A stretch of 64,000 nucleotides of DNA from Gammaproteobacteria bacterium (GTDB lineage: Bacteria > Pseudomonadota > Gammaproteobacteria > UBA4575). The stretch lies in NCBI GenBank assembly GCA_028279275.1, contig JANQOB010000009.1, positions 200,781-264,780 on the forward strand, in the 5' to 3' direction. Below, piece after piece: positions 10,728 to 21,521 of this stretch (its first letter is position 1; each line of letters starts with the position of its first letter). The notes beneath the pieces are model-generated. The model had not been told where the DNA came from and ran no database searches. It was given only the letters and a program-made list of their open reading frames with translations. The translations under genes were made by a program, and so were the position numbers.

Positions 10728-12161
10728 ATGCAGTGGGAAACCGTAATTGGATTAGAAATTCATGTACAGCTGGCTACCCAGAGCAAGATTTTTTCGGGTG
10801 CTTCAACAGCTTATGGAGCTGAACCCAATACGCAAGCATGCGCGGTAGATTTAGGTTTACCTGGTGTATTGCCGGTATTAAACAAAGAAGCTGTAAAAAT
10901 GGCAGCGATGTTTGGATTTGCAGTAGATGCCACCGTTGCGGAGCGTTCTGTATTTGCGCGAAAGAATTATTTTTACCCTGATTCACCTAAAGGTTATCAA
11001 ATTAGTCAATTTGAGTTGCCGATCGTAGAACATGGTAAGCTGGAAATTGTTTTAAATAATGGTGAATGTAAAACAATAGGTATCACGCGTGCTCATCTCG
11101 AAGAGGATGCAGGAAAATCATTACACGAAGAGTTCCCAGATTCTACAGGCATCGATTTAAATCGATGTGGAACGCCATTAATTGAAATTGTATCTGAGCC
11201 TGACATGCGATCTGCTGAAGAGGCCGTTGCTTATATGAAAAAGATACATTCTATTGTTCGTTATTTGGGTATTTCTGACGGCAACATGCAGGAGGGTTCT
11301 TTTCGCTGTGATGCTAATGTTTCTATGCGGCCGAAAGGGCAAAAAGAATTCGGTACGCGCACGGAAACGAAAAACCTAAACTCTTTTAGATTTGTTGAGC
11401 GTGCTATCAACCATGAAATAGAACGTCAAATTGATGTGTTAGAAGATGGTGGCGAAGTTGTGCAAGAAACTCGACTTTACGATGCCAATAAAGATGAAAC
11501 ACGTTCAATGCGCAGTAAAGAAGAAGCGAATGATTATCGCTATTTCCCCGATCCTGATCTGTTACCGGTAGTAATTAATAGTGAAGAGCTTGAGGCCATA
11601 AAGAAAGAACTCCCGGAACTCCCAGCAGCAAAAAATGCTCGTTTTAAGCAATCCTATGAACTTAATGATTACGATGCCGAAAATCTAGTCATGGATAAAG
11701 ACACTGCTGATTATTTTGAGAATATTGTTAATGTTGGAAACGTTAAAGCAAAATTGGCAGCGAATTGGGTATTAGGCGAACTCACTGCTGCTTTGAATCA
11801 ACATGATATTGAGATAATGAATAGTCCTGTTTCAGCTAAAATGATGTCTGAGCTATTAATCCGAATTGAAGACAATACGCTTTCAAATAAAATTGCCAAA
11901 GAAGTGTTTCATGCGATGTGGGCAGGTGAAGGAAGTGTAGATGAAATTATTGAAGCTAAAGGCTTAAAACAAATTACTGATAGCAGTGAAATTGAGGCGT
12001 TAGTGGATCAAGTGATTGCTGATAATCCTGAGCAGGTAGAGCAATACAAATCAGGCAAAGATAAAGTATTTGGTTTCTTTGTCGGACAAGTCATGAAGCT
12101 TTCTAAAGGCAAAGCCAACCCGCAGCAAGTAAATGAATTGTTAAAAGCTAAATTACAATAA
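10728..12161 (+). CDS. gatB: Asp/Glu-tRNA(Asn/Gln) amidotransferase subunit B
   Basis: [15 protein letters not shown] is a canonical GatB start. The track ORF starts at an upstream TTG at 10716; the ATG at 10728 is preferred. Confidence 0.95.
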   Translation: MQWETVIGLEIHVQLATQSKIFSGASTAYGAEPNTQACAVDLGLPGVLPVLNKEAVKMAAMFGFAVDATVAERSVFARKNYFYPDSPKGYQISQFELPIVEHGKLEIVLNNGECKTIGITRAHLEEDAGKSLHEEFPDSTGIDLNRCGTPLIEIVSEPDMRSAEEAVAYMKKIHSIVRYLGISDGNMQEGSFRCDANVSMRPKGQKEFGTRTETKNLNSFRFVERAINHEIERQIDVLEDGGEVVQETRLYDANKDETRSMRSKEEANDYRYFPDPDLLPVVINSEELEAIKKELPELPAAKNARFKQSYELNDYDAENLVMDKDTADYFENIVNVGNVKAKLAANWVLGELTAALNQHDIEIMNSPVSAKMMSELLIRIEDNTLSNKIAKEVFHAMWAGEGSVDEIIEAKGLKQITDSSEIEALVDQVIADNPEQVEQYKSGKDKVFGFFVGQVMKLSKGKANPQQVNELLKAKLQ

Positions 12162-12220
12162 CTCATGCTTATATATTTTGACTTTAAATTGGATGTTGGA
12201 GGTTCTACGGAAAATTAAAA

Positions 12221-12649
12221 ATGAAAACATGCCGTCTTATCTATAGAAGTATTGCTGAATCGGAAATACTCGACGAAGATTCGCTGGCACGTTTAGCAAA
12301 TCTCGCTGCCAATAATAATAGAAGGTTTAATATTTGCGGAATATTGGTTTTGTCGAATGGGCGATTTCTTCAAGTGATAGAAGGGCAGTCCAAATTCATT
12401 AATCGATTATATGCAAATATCGTTCAAGATGAGCGTCATCATGATGTTGAGCTAATCAGTTATGAAGAAGTTTCTAAGCCAGAGTTTATTGACTGGAATA
12501 TGAAGTTATTTAGCTTGGATGAGATTGATGAGCATGTTCGCGAATTATTAGTTAATAAATATCCAGTCGTAGACAATAAAATTCAGTTTATTGATGATGC
12601 GGTATTAATGACTTCACTCTTGCTAGATATTAAGCATTTGCAAAAGTAG
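12221..12649 (+). CDS. short BLUF-domain blue-light photoreceptor (BlsA/PixD/BlrB type)
   Basis: LIYRSIA...NICGILVLSNGRFLQVIEGQSKFINRLYANIVQDERHHDVELI matches the BLUF consensus (Y..S, N..G, Q..EG, D.RH). Confidence 0.8.
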   Translation: MKTCRLIYRSIAESEILDEDSLARLANLAANNNRRFNICGILVLSNGRFLQVIEGQSKFINRLYANIVQDERHHDVELISYEEVSKPEFIDWNMKLFSLDEIDEHVRELLVNKYPVVDNKIQFIDDAVLMTSLLLDIKHLQK

Positions 12650-12697
12650 GATTATTTGAATCACACATTTCAAATAACCACGAATGTGTTGCGTGTG

Positions 12698-12973
12698 CTA
12701 GCGATCAAATAACCGTGATTTAAGGTCGTAACAAAAGTTTCTTGGGAAGCTTACTTTTCCCTCAAGAACGTAACTTTTTTCAATTTCTGTACTGATTCTA
12801 TAAACATAGATGATTGCTTTGGGTTGTAAGTTTCCATTTTTATAACCTTGCACGCGCTCGGTTGAAATTTCAAAATCCGTGAGTTCGTAACCATTATCTT
12901 CAATACAGCCAATAACAGAATGTAGGTAATTTTTCGTAATTAGGGTTCTATCGTGTGTTGCAGTTTCGGTCAT
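12698..12973 (-). CDS. hypothetical small protein (doubtful)
   Basis: ORF of 91-99 aa. The first ATG at 12997 abuts the U-tract of the prmC terminator, so the internal Met at 12973 was used. No Shine-Dalgarno and no family recognised. Confidence 0.3.
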   Translation of the reverse strand: MTETATHDRTLITKNYLHSVIGCIEDNGYELTDFEISTERVQGYKNGNLQPKAIIYVYRISTEIEKSYVLEGKVSFPRNFCYDLKSRLFDR

Positions 12974-13002
12974 TATAATTTTTATCGGTATAAACATAAA
13001 AA

Positions 13003-13037
13003 ACCAAACATTGTGAATGACAAGTGCTTGGTTTTAA
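13003..13037 (-). terminator. Rho-independent terminator of the hemA-prfA-prmC operon
   Basis: Imperfect hairpin ccaaacattgt/acaagtgcttgg flanked by an A-run (12998-13002) and T-run (13032-13035). On the minus strand it reads hairpin + UUUUU downstream of the prmC stop. Confidence 0.5.
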
Positions 13038-13124
13038 AAAAAAGAATTTAAGCAAATCTTTACAATTAATAATTACTATTAGTTAACAGAAATTAATTGT
13101 AAATGTAGATTACTGCACGATATG

Positions 13125-13976
13125 TCATAAATTTCCCTGCATACAGCGCGGATTACCAGACAGGTCACTATAACTTTCGATGTTGTTGAAATTTGCATTT
13201 TCAAATAACTTATATACTGATTCTGCTTGTTGAAAGCCATGCTCAACGATTAAGGTTCCGGAAGCCGTTAAAAATCTTGGAGCATTTTCAATAATATTAG
13301 CCAAGTCCTCGAGTCCATTCTTTTGGCTTATCACAGCATTTTTTGGTTCATATACAGTAACGTAATCATTCAAATTTGGGTCCTGTTCAGAAACATAAGG
13401 TGGGTTTGAAACGATTACGTCAAATTTTTGGTGTGATAAATTTTTATACCAGTCACTGTGGATGAAGCGAACCTCAGCATTGTGTTTTGTGGAATTTAAT
13501 CTAGCTATTTCTAATGCTTCAAGTGAACTATCCGTTGCCGTAATTTGGCTATCTTCGCGATCATGTGCAAGTGCAATGGCAATCGCCCCTGAACCAGTAC
13601 CTAAATCTAAAATTTGTGGTGATTTGATATTCGCTATTTTTTTTAAGGCAAGTTCAACAAGTAACTCAGTCTCAGGACGAGGAATTAGCACCTGTGGGTT
13701 GACTAAAAAATTTAAAGACCAGAATTCTTTTGAGCCCTTAATATAAGCCAGTGGTTCACCATGAGCTCGTCTTTGTAAACTATTATTAAATATATCGCTT
13801 TGCGTTTTGGTGAGTATTTTTTCCGGATGCGCGATTAAAGTTGTGAGCTCAATATCACAACTGTGACAAACGAGAAGCTGCGCGTCTAATTGTGCACACT
13901 CGCTGATTGTTAATAGTTTTGCGGTACCCAGTTCAACCGCTTGTTGAAATGTCATATTAGTCTGACATGGATGCAA
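13125..13976 (-). CDS. prmC: release factor glutamine N5-methyltransferase PrmC/HemK
   Basis: NPPY motif (VSNPPYV) and SAM motif [15 protein letters not shown]. Overlaps prfA by 20 nt. Confidence 0.9.
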   Translation of the reverse strand: MHPCQTNMTFQQAVELGTAKLLTISECAQLDAQLLVCHSCDIELTTLIAHPEKILTKTQSDIFNNSLQRRAHGEPLAYIKGSKEFWSLNFLVNPQVLIPRPETELLVELALKKIANIKSPQILDLGTGSGAIAIALAHDREDSQITATDSSLEALEIARLNSTKHNAEVRFIHSDWYKNLSHQKFDVIVSNPPYVSEQDPNLNDYVTVYEPKNAVISQKNGLEDLANIIENAPRFLTASGTLIVEHGFQQAESVYKLFENANFNNIESYSDLSGNPRCMQGNL

Positions 13977-15039
13977 GTAAGTCTGCTTGGTGTTCGTTTC
14001 TTAGCGGTTGCACAATTTGATCCACATTGCCTTGCATCATTTCGTCTAGTTTATAAAGTGTGAGGTTAATTCTGTGGTCAGTCACACGGCCTTGAGGAAA
14101 GTTATAGGTACGAATTCGTTCAGAACGATCTCCACTGCCCACAAGATTACGACGGGTTGCAGCTTGTTCATCCATTTGTTTTTGCCGTTCTTGATCTAGC
14201 ATACGTGCACTGAGTAAAGACATTGCACGCGCTTTGTTTTTATGTTGTGAACGCTCATCTTGGCATTCCACCACAATGCCAGTTGGAATATGGGTAATGC
14301 GAATAGCAGAGTCGGTTTTGTTTACATGTTGTCCTCCCGCTCCTGAGGCTCGAAAAGTGTCAATACGTAAATCAGAATTATCAATTTCAACTTCGTCAAT
14401 TTCATCTACTTCAGGCATGATCGCAACTGTGGCTGCTGAAGTGTGCACCCGACCTTGAGATTCTGTTTCCGGCACACGCTGGACACGATGTGCACCCGAT
14501 TCGAACTTCAAACTTGAGAATACTTCTTTGCCATTAATTTTAGCGATAATTTCTTTATAGCCACCATGATCACCTTCATTTTGATTGATGATTTCCACTT
14601 TCCAGCCTTTGTTTTCAGCATAGCGAGAATACATGCGAAATAAATCACCGGCAAAAATTGCAGCTTCGTCACCACCTGTACCCGCACGAATTTCTAAAAA
14701 TACATTGCTTTCATCATGAGGATCTTTAGGCAGAAGTAAAGTTTGCAGTTCTGCTTCGAGTTGTCCTAATCTTTCTTCAGCACTTTTGATTTCTTCTTGA
14801 GCCATAGCTTTCATTTCTTTATCAGAATCATCAGCCATTTCTTTTGCTGTTTCTAAGTCATCTAAAGCTTGTAAATGCTCATTGAATTTAGCAACGATCG
14901 GCTCAAGCTGTGCATATTCTTTGGAAAGTTTGGTAAATTCTTTTTGATTATTAATTACATCTGCATCAGACAATTCAGCTGCTATTTCTTCGTGCCGTTC
15001 TTTTAAATTTTCTAATTTTTTTATGATGGAATCTTTCAT
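13957..15039 (-). CDS. prfA: peptide chain release factor 1
   Basis: GGQHVN motif ([23 protein letters not shown]) in a 360-aa protein. Confidence 0.95.
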   Translation of the reverse strand: MKDSIIKKLENLKERHEEIAAELSDADVINNQKEFTKLSKEYAQLEPIVAKFNEHLQALDDLETAKEMADDSDKEMKAMAQEEIKSAEERLGQLEAELQTLLLPKDPHDESNVFLEIRAGTGGDEAAIFAGDLFRMYSRYAENKGWKVEIINQNEGDHGGYKEIIAKINGKEVFSSLKFESGAHRVQRVPETESQGRVHTSAATVAIMPEVDEIDEVEIDNSDLRIDTFRASGAGGQHVNKTDSAIRITHIPTGIVVECQDERSQHKNKARAMSLLSARMLDQERQKQMDEQAATRRNLVGSGDRSERIRTYNFPQGRVTDHRINLTLYKLDEMMQGNVDQIVQPLRNEHQADLLASMSD

Positions 15040-15067
15040 TTGCGAAATTAAAGTTAAAAATAATAAT

Positions 15068-15091
15068 ATGCTCTGGTAGATTAGAGCATAG
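15068..15091 (-). promoter_or_regulatory. perfect 8-bp-stem hairpin in the hemA-prfA intergenic spacer
   Basis: TATGCTCT-ggtagatt-AGAGCATA between the hemA stop (15180) and prfA start (15039). Confidence 0.35.
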
Positions 15092-15179
15092 CGATGTCCA
15101 GCTAGTTTTAAGTAGCTAATGAAAGTGTAGTATACAGATGACTAAAGTAGTCACTCTTTGAAAAATAATTGAAGATTGT

Positions 15180-16445
15180 TTATTCATTAGGTGGAATATT
15201 TAACAAGATTCTTGCTGCATCTACCAACTCATTTTTACCTTCTTTTCCAGCAACGTGCAATGCTTCAGTAGGTTCGTGCGTAAGTTTATTGGTAAGAGTA
15301 TGTGCAAGAAACTGTAATACTTCGTCAACAGGTTTGCCTTGTTCCAGCATTTTTTTTGCTTTCTCTAAGACAACATCACGTTGATATTCAGCTTTAGTGC
15401 GGAAAGCACGTACCGTATCAACTACACCTTGGCCGCGTAACCAAAGTGCAAATTCTTGTACTTCAAGGTCAATGATGCTCTCTGCTTCGTCCGCCGCTTC
15501 TTTGCGTGAATTTAAATTATGTTCAATGACATTTTGCAAGTCATCAATAGTATAAAGATAAACATCAGATAGTTTAGCCACTTCGGGTTCTATATCTCTT
15601 GGCACTGCAAGATCGACCATGAATATTGGTTTGTGTTTACGTTGTTTTAATGCACTTTCCACTAAACCTTTACCCAATATCGGCAAAGTACTTGCGGTTG
15701 CCGTCATTACAATTTCAGATTTTGGTAGTGCCTCACCAACATAACTTAAACTTACACCATGTCCGCCCACTTTATCTGCAAGCATTTGTGCACGTTCAAC
15801 ACTGCGGTTTGCAACTACAATTTTTCCAATACCGGCACTTTGTAAATGCTCAGCAGCAAGTTCAATGGTCTCACCTGCACCTAAGAGTAAGGCAGAATGA
15901 TTACTAAATTCTCCAAATATTTTTTTTGATAAAGATACAGCAGCAGATGCAACAGAAACAGGATTAGTTCCAATTGCGGTATTTGTACGTACTTTTTTAG
16001 CAACACTAAATGCGCGTTGAAAAAGTTGATTTAAATTTCTACCTAATGTGTCTGCCTGCACCGCGTCTTGATAGGCAGACTTCAATTGTCCAAGAATTTG
16101 AGGTTCTCCCAATACCATTGAGTCGAGTCCACAAGCGACCCGAAAAATATGACGCACCACGGAATTGTCTAAATGATCATAAATGTAGGGTTGTGTGTCA
16201 TCAGAACTTAAATTATGAAAACTATTTAACCAACTTAGTATCTCTTCTTTGCCTTGGTCTATATGGTTGACCTCGCAATAGAGCTCGGTGCGATTGCAGG
16301 TAGAAATAATAGCCGCTTCATCTACTTGGGGCACAGTGATTAATTTCTTGAGGGCATGCCCCAATTTTTTTTCATTAATCGCCACCCTTTCCCGTACTTC
16401 GACGGGAGCAGTTGTGTGGTTGATTCCAAGTGTGAGTAAAGACAT
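15180..16445 (-). CDS. hemA: glutamyl-tRNA reductase
   Basis: 421 aa, MSLLTLGINHTTAPVEVRERV..., Rossmann GAGETIELAAEHL; synteny hemA-prfA-prmC. Confidence 0.95.
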   Translation of the reverse strand: MSLLTLGINHTTAPVEVRERVAINEKKLGHALKKLITVPQVDEAAIISTCNRTELYCEVNHIDQGKEEILSWLNSFHNLSSDDTQPYIYDHLDNSVVRHIFRVACGLDSMVLGEPQILGQLKSAYQDAVQADTLGRNLNQLFQRAFSVAKKVRTNTAIGTNPVSVASAAVSLSKKIFGEFSNHSALLLGAGETIELAAEHLQSAGIGKIVVANRSVERAQMLADKVGGHGVSLSYVGEALPKSEIVMTATASTLPILGKGLVESALKQRKHKPIFMVDLAVPRDIEPEVAKLSDVYLYTIDDLQNVIEHNLNSRKEAADEAESIIDLEVQEFALWLRGQGVVDTVRAFRTKAEYQRDVVLEKAKKMLEQGKPVDEVLQFLAHTLTNKLTHEPTEALHVAGKEGKNELVDAARILLNIPPNE

Positions 16446-16612
16446 GAAAGTATGTGAAATTCTGTATCGTACAGCTATAAATTTGCCTAAATCAAAGCGA
16501 GATATATATTGCCTAAATACCCGTAAATTCTGTCAAAATGCGTATCAATTGCTCAGATAACTACAGTAAAATTAGGTATAGTCTAATTGAGCACGTAACA
16601 CAACATAGTATA

Positions 16613-18364
16613 TTGAAGATCAACGCCACAATTCCACAGATTCCCTACCTATATAGGCTTGTTTTAGCAGCAATTTTGGCAGTATTCCTGCTGACCAGCT
16701 GTACCAGCATGTTGAGCGAGCCTCGCTTGGACCCTGATCAATCTATACAGATACGTAAGCCTCAAGCCGAGAAATATGATGCTCAATCCGACCTCATGTA
16801 TGAGGTTTTGGTCGGCGAGCTTTCGGGTCAGTTTGGGCATGTCGAGCAGGCTTTAGAGCACTATGTGAATGCTTCACAACTCACGGATGATCCCGCCGTA
16901 GCAGAACGTGCAACACGAATTGCCATGTTTGCCAAAAACTGGACTGCTGGCTTAAAGGCAGCGACTCGTTGGGAAGAACTGGTTGGTGAAAACTTAGAAA
17001 TCAGCCAAATTCTAGGAGTGATGGAGCTCCGCAATAAAAATGTTGAGGGTGCAGTACCTCATTTTGAAAAAATTATGTCTGCTGCTGAAGATTCTCCAGC
17101 GAAAGGTTTCAGTATTATCGGTGCAGTACTCGCACGCGAACCAGACTTTGAATCCTCTCTTAATTTGCTTGAAATATTAGTTAACAAACATTTTGAAAAC
17201 CCATATGGCCACTTGACGATGGCAAGCTTGGCATTTCAGGCGCAAGATTTTCAACGCACCATAGACGAGAGCGAAATTGCACTGGGTTTTAAACCTGATT
17301 TGATAGAAGCACGTGCTATGCGTGCGCAAGCATTAATGAACTTAAACGATACTGACAAAGCATTGTCAGAAATGAAAATTATCGTGGAAGAACAACCTGG
17401 TAATCGTGAAATGCGTATGGCGTATTCACGCATGCTGATTAATGCTGAGCGCTATGAAGAAGCAATCGATGAGTTTGAATTACTGTTACTTGAAAATCCG
17501 AACGATGGAGAACTTATCTATCGTCTAGGGTTGTTGTATTTACAAAAAGAAGAATATGAAAAAGCAAAAGCCAAATTTCAACGTTTGGTTGATCGTAAAC
17601 AACGAGTAGATGAAGCACATTATTACATCGGTCGTGCTAATGAAGAACAAAAAAAATATGTGGAAGCGATAGATGAATATGAAAAAGTTCCACAAGGCCA
17701 ATATTACATCGACGCAAAAGCTAGAATCGCTTCGGTTTATGCAGAGCGTGATAATATTGAAAAAGCACAGAGTTATTTAAAAGAATTACGACGCTCTTTA
17801 AGTGCGCCCGAAGCAATCATCGAAGTGTATTTGATTGAAGGTCAATTATTACATGATAAAGAGCTATACGTTGCAGCGATGGATCTTTACAGCGAAGGTT
17901 TGCAAGAGTTCCCAGGCCATAGTGATCTACTTTATGCACGTGCATTAATGGCAGAAGAAATTGATCGGATTGATTTATTGGAGCAAGATTTAAGAGCTAT
18001 TCTTTCCGAAGATCCTGAAAATGCATCTGCCTTAAATGCATTGGGTTATACCTTGGCGGATCATAATTTCAGAATAAATGAAGCTCTTGGATATATAAAG
18101 CGTGCTCTCGAACTGAGACCGGATGACCCCGCTGTGATTGATAGCATGGGCTGGGTGCAGTTTCGACTTGGAAATTATGCAGAAGCGGAAACTTACTTAC
18201 GAAAAGCATTCGCTTTACTAGAAGATACTGAAATAGCTGGGCATTTGGTTGAATTGTTATGGGCGCAAGGTAATTATGAAGAAGCTAAAGAAGTATTGAA
18301 TGATATGCTTGAGCGCTATCCAGACGATGAGTACATATTAGAGCTAAAACAAAGACTTCAGTAA
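16613..18364 (+). CDS. TPR-repeat lipoprotein (PA4667-like, upstream of lolB)
   Basis: Lipobox LLTSC and multiple TPR repeats. No in-frame ATG precedes the signal peptide, so a TTG at 16613 is proposed; the open frame extends back to 16538. Confidence 0.7.
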   Translation: MKINATIPQIPYLYRLVLAAILAVFLLTSCTSMLSEPRLDPDQSIQIRKPQAEKYDAQSDLMYEVLVGELSGQFGHVEQALEHYVNASQLTDDPAVAERATRIAMFAKNWTAGLKAATRWEELVGENLEISQILGVMELRNKNVEGAVPHFEKIMSAAEDSPAKGFSIIGAVLAREPDFESSLNLLEILVNKHFENPYGHLTMASLAFQAQDFQRTIDESEIALGFKPDLIEARAMRAQALMNLNDTDKALSEMKIIVEEQPGNREMRMAYSRMLINAERYEEAIDEFELLLLENPNDGELIYRLGLLYLQKEEYEKAKAKFQRLVDRKQRVDEAHYYIGRANEEQKKYVEAIDEYEKVPQGQYYIDAKARIASVYAERDNIEKAQSYLKELRRSLSAPEAIIEVYLIEGQLLHDKELYVAAMDLYSEGLQEFPGHSDLLYARALMAEEIDRIDLLEQDLRAILSEDPENASALNALGYTLADHNFRINEALGYIKRALELRPDDPAVIDSMGWVQFRLGNYAEAETYLRKAFALLEDTEIAGHLVELLWAQGNYEEAKEVLNDMLERYPDDEYILELKQRLQ

Positions 18365-19002
18365 TGAAGTGTCTATCACTTTTCCAGCATGCGTTTTGCA
18401 GACTGGGATTTTCATTAGTATTTATATTTATGTTTTCAGCATGCGTCACTGTTGAAAAACATCCTATGCCTGTTGATTCTGAAGTTAATCAGCAAGCCTT
18501 ATGGGAAACTCATAAAGCAACCCTGCAAACATTAGAAAGCTGGAATCTCAAAGGACGTGTTGCAGGAAAATCAAATAATGAAGGTTTTCGTGCCGGAGTG
18601 CATTGGCAACAATTGCAATATGATTTTATTATTGATTTACATGGGCCGTTGGGACGAAAAGTAGCTGTAATTACGGGTAAACCCGGTAATGTTCAGTTAA
18701 AAACTTCTAAAGGTGAGAGCTATATAGCGGATGACCCAGAAGCGTTATTACAAGAATTGTTTGGTTATACACTTCCGGTAAATGGTTTGCGATATTGGTT
18801 ATTAGGTGTTCCTGATCCAAAACAAGCTCACGTATCATTACAGCTAGACGGAAAGGGCCGGTTAATGCAGCTTAATCAGACAGGGTGGTTAATTAATTAC
18901 AAGCGCTATCATGATGGTGTTCCCACCTTACCTGCGCTTATTCAGATTTCTAATTCAAATGTAGATGCAAATATTAAAATTGATCATTGGCAACTCAACT
19001 AA
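18364..19002 (+). CDS. lolB: outer-membrane lipoprotein LolB
   Basis: 212 aa with lipobox FSAC. Start overlaps the TPR gene stop (TAATGA); synteny lolB-ispE. Confidence 0.85.
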   Translation: MKCLSLFQHAFCRLGFSLVFIFMFSACVTVEKHPMPVDSEVNQQALWETHKATLQTLESWNLKGRVAGKSNNEGFRAGVHWQQLQYDFIIDLHGPLGRKVAVITGKPGNVQLKTSKGESYIADDPEALLQELFGYTLPVNGLRYWLLGVPDPKQAHVSLQLDGKGRLMQLNQTGWLINYKRYHDGVPTLPALIQISNSNVDANIKIDHWQLN

Positions 19003-19037
19003 TCAATCTGAATCAGAATTCTTAATTCTCTAAAGCT

Positions 19038-19907
19038 GTGATGAAAAATTGGCTCGCGCCTGCAAAGTTAAATCTTTTTTTACATATCATTGGTCGGCGT
19101 GATGATGGTTACCATTTATTACAAACGGCCATTCAGTTTGTCGATCTTTGCGATCAACTTACATTCAATTTGCGATCAGATCCCAATATAAACTGTAAAA
19201 ATTCTATTCAGTCCATTTCCTCACAAGATGATTTATGTATAAAAGCAGCGCAACTATTACAAAGTCAAAGCTCAAATAAAAAAGGCGTAGATATTATTGT
19301 GAATAAAGTGATTCCACTTGGTGCCGGTATGGGGGGTGGCAGTTCTGATGCGGCAACTACGTTATTAGCCTTAAATGAACTTTGGGATTGTAAAATGAGC
19401 TTAACGCAGCTTGAGGAATTAGGTCAGCAACTAGGGGCAGATGTCCCGGTATTTATAAGGGGTCATTCCTGTTGGGTGGAAGGAGTAGGTGAACAGCTAA
19501 CACCAATCGAGCCGTCAGAAAATTGGTATGTCATCATATATCCAAATGTACATTTGGATACACGTAAAATGTTTGCAGATGAGGAATTGACACGCGATTG
19601 CGCTCCACTCAAAATACGCGACTTCTCACAGATGAGTGATACAAATCTGACTGAGTTTGCTAATACAGAAAATGTATTTGAAAATATTGCGCGACGTTAT
19701 CCAGAGGTAGATCGTGCATTTAAATCGCTAGATCAGTATGCATCTGCGAGATTAACTGGTTCCGGAAGTGCATTGTTTGCGAGTTGCCAATCTAAACAAC
19801 AGGCAGAAACCATCGCTGCAAAATGTGCAACCGAATTTACAGTTTTTGTAGTGAAAGGAATAAATGAATCACCTGTGATTTCATTAAGCGAGTATAATTA
19901 CGCGTAG
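19038..19907 (+). CDS. ispE: 4-diphosphocytidyl-2-C-methyl-D-erythritol kinase
   Basis: MMKNWLAPAKLNLFLHIIGRRDDGYH... and GHMP kinase motif PLGAGMGGGSSDAA. Confidence 0.9.
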   Translation: MMKNWLAPAKLNLFLHIIGRRDDGYHLLQTAIQFVDLCDQLTFNLRSDPNINCKNSIQSISSQDDLCIKAAQLLQSQSSNKKGVDIIVNKVIPLGAGMGGGSSDAATTLLALNELWDCKMSLTQLEELGQQLGADVPVFIRGHSCWVEGVGEQLTPIEPSENWYVIIYPNVHLDTRKMFADEELTRDCAPLKIRDFSQMSDTNLTEFANTENVFENIARRYPEVDRAFKSLDQYASARLTGSGSALFASCQSKQQAETIAAKCATEFTVFVVKGINESPVISLSEYNYA

Positions 19908-19932
19908 CACTTACTATACGAGTACATATTAT

Positions 19933-20007
19933 TGGGCCGTCGCCAAGTGGTAAGGCACCGGGTTTTGATCCCGGCATTCGCAGGTTCGAATCCTGCCGGC
20001 CCAGCCA
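19933..20007 (+). tRNA. tRNA-Gln (anticodon TTG)
   Basis: tgggccgtcgccaagtggtaaggcaccgggttTTGatcccgg...ccggcccagCCA resembles E. coli tRNA-Gln. The acceptor stem pairs and the 3' CCA is encoded. Confidence 0.9.
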
Positions 20008-20088
20008 GCTTTTAGATTCAAAACCAACACCTCTCCACTAAAAAATCATCATATTTAACCTAGTGCAATGTAATAATCATTAAAGACA

Positions 20089-20460
20089 ATGATTACAGAA
20101 CAACAAGCACAGGCATTTGCTAAAGATTGGGTCGAATCATGGAATACTCATGATCTAGATAGGATACTTTCGCATTATAGCGATGACTTTGAAATCACTA
20201 CTCCATTGATCAAAACTTTCTTGGGGATTGATACAGGGACATTGCAAGGTAAGCAGAATATAAAAGAATATTGGGCCTCAGCTTTAAAAAAATTACCACA
20301 TATGCATCTTGAGCTTATAGATGTCGTTATAAGTATCGAATCTATTGCTTTGTATTACAAAACAGTGATGGATAAAATGGCTATAGAGGTTATGTTTTTT
20401 GATTCATCTGGCAAAGTTAATAAAGCGATTGCTCATTACACTTTAGACTTAGACCCATAA
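20089..20460 (+). CDS. SnoaL/NTF2-like (ketosteroid-isomerase-fold) protein
   Basis: 123 aa, ...AKDWVESWNTHDLDRILSHYSDDFEI..., typical SnoaL-like N-terminus. Confidence 0.55.
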   Translation: MITEQQAQAFAKDWVESWNTHDLDRILSHYSDDFEITTPLIKTFLGIDTGTLQGKQNIKEYWASALKKLPHMHLELIDVVISIESIALYYKTVMDKMAIEVMFFDSSGKVNKAIAHYTLDLDP

Positions 20461-20565
20461 ATTATTACGTGAAAGATATTGGCCGTAAATAAAAATCATT
20501 ACTAGTAGTATTCAATAAAAATCAGTTTTATTAAATTATAATCACAAAAAAGAATAAACAAAAAT

Positions 20566-21432
20566 ATGCAAGCAGATTTACTTACAAAAGTAATTCTTCC
20601 AGTCTCTCTCTTCTGCATTATGTTTGGGATGGGTATTTCTTTAAGACCACTAGATTTTAAGAGGATTATTAAATCACCGAAAGTCGTGGCCATTGGTATT
20701 TGCGCGCAAATGCTCTTACTGCCATCGATCGCTTTTATTTTTGCTAATGCGTTAAAGCTGCCGCCAGAAATTGCTGTAGGCCTAATTATTATTGCGTTGG
20801 CTCCAGGAGGTGCAACATCAAATATGTTCACTTATTTATCTAAGGGCGATGTATCTTTATCCATCACATTAACCGCAATAGTAAGTTTAATTGCGCCTTT
20901 TAGCATTCCTGTTCTTGTTGGTTTGAGTATGGTTTATTTTCTTGGCAGCAATACAACATTCAATTTGCCGATTATTGAAACAATTATTCAACTGTTAGTG
21001 ATTACAGTTATTCCTGTTGTTTTAGGCATGTTCGTCTTGTCTCGCTGGGAGACTCTCGCAAAAAAAATTGAACCTGTAATCAAATGGCTTTCAATATTAT
21101 TTCTGATATTGATTATTGTTTTAATTGTATTAAAAAATTATGCAAACATGCCTAGTTATTTTTCACAAGCGGGGTTAGCAACATTATTGCTTAATTTCAC
21201 TGCATTAATTTTAGGATACCTACTGGCTAAATTGGCAAAACTTTTACATTCTCAGGCTATAACAATTGGTTTTGAGGTTGGCATTCAGAATGGAACATTA
21301 GCCCTAGTTGTTGCTGGTACATTAATTGGCAATGAAGTCATGATGATTCCAGCAGTTACTTATTCATTGATTATGTTTTTTAGTGGTGCTTTATTTGGCT
21401 GGTGGATGAATAAGCGCGCATATATTGAATAG
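20566..21432 (+). CDS. bile acid:sodium symporter (BASS) family transporter
   Basis: 288-aa polytopic membrane protein with the BASS-typical ALAPGGATSN motif. Confidence 0.75.
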   Translation: MQADLLTKVILPVSLFCIMFGMGISLRPLDFKRIIKSPKVVAIGICAQMLLLPSIAFIFANALKLPPEIAVGLIIIALAPGGATSNMFTYLSKGDVSLSITLTAIVSLIAPFSIPVLVGLSMVYFLGSNTTFNLPIIETIIQLLVITVIPVVLGMFVLSRWETLAKKIEPVIKWLSILFLILIIVLIVLKNYANMPSYFSQAGLATLLLNFTALILGYLLAKLAKLLHSQAITIGFEVGIQNGTLALVVAGTLIGNEVMMIPAVTYSLIMFFSGALFGWWMNKRAYIE

Positions 21433-21521
21433 AAATACAAGTGTTTTGATCTTGGCTGGACTAACGAATCGCGCCGACCCAAGCAAATATTTTTGAATAG
21501 ATGATTAAAAGCTAGCTGTTG

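Noticed and set aside
12698-12997. Track ORF start at 12997 for the 99-aa minus-strand ORF
   Set aside because: That ATG is immediately adjacent to the U-tract of the prmC terminator hairpin with no room for an RBS. The ORF was kept only with the internal start and low confidence.
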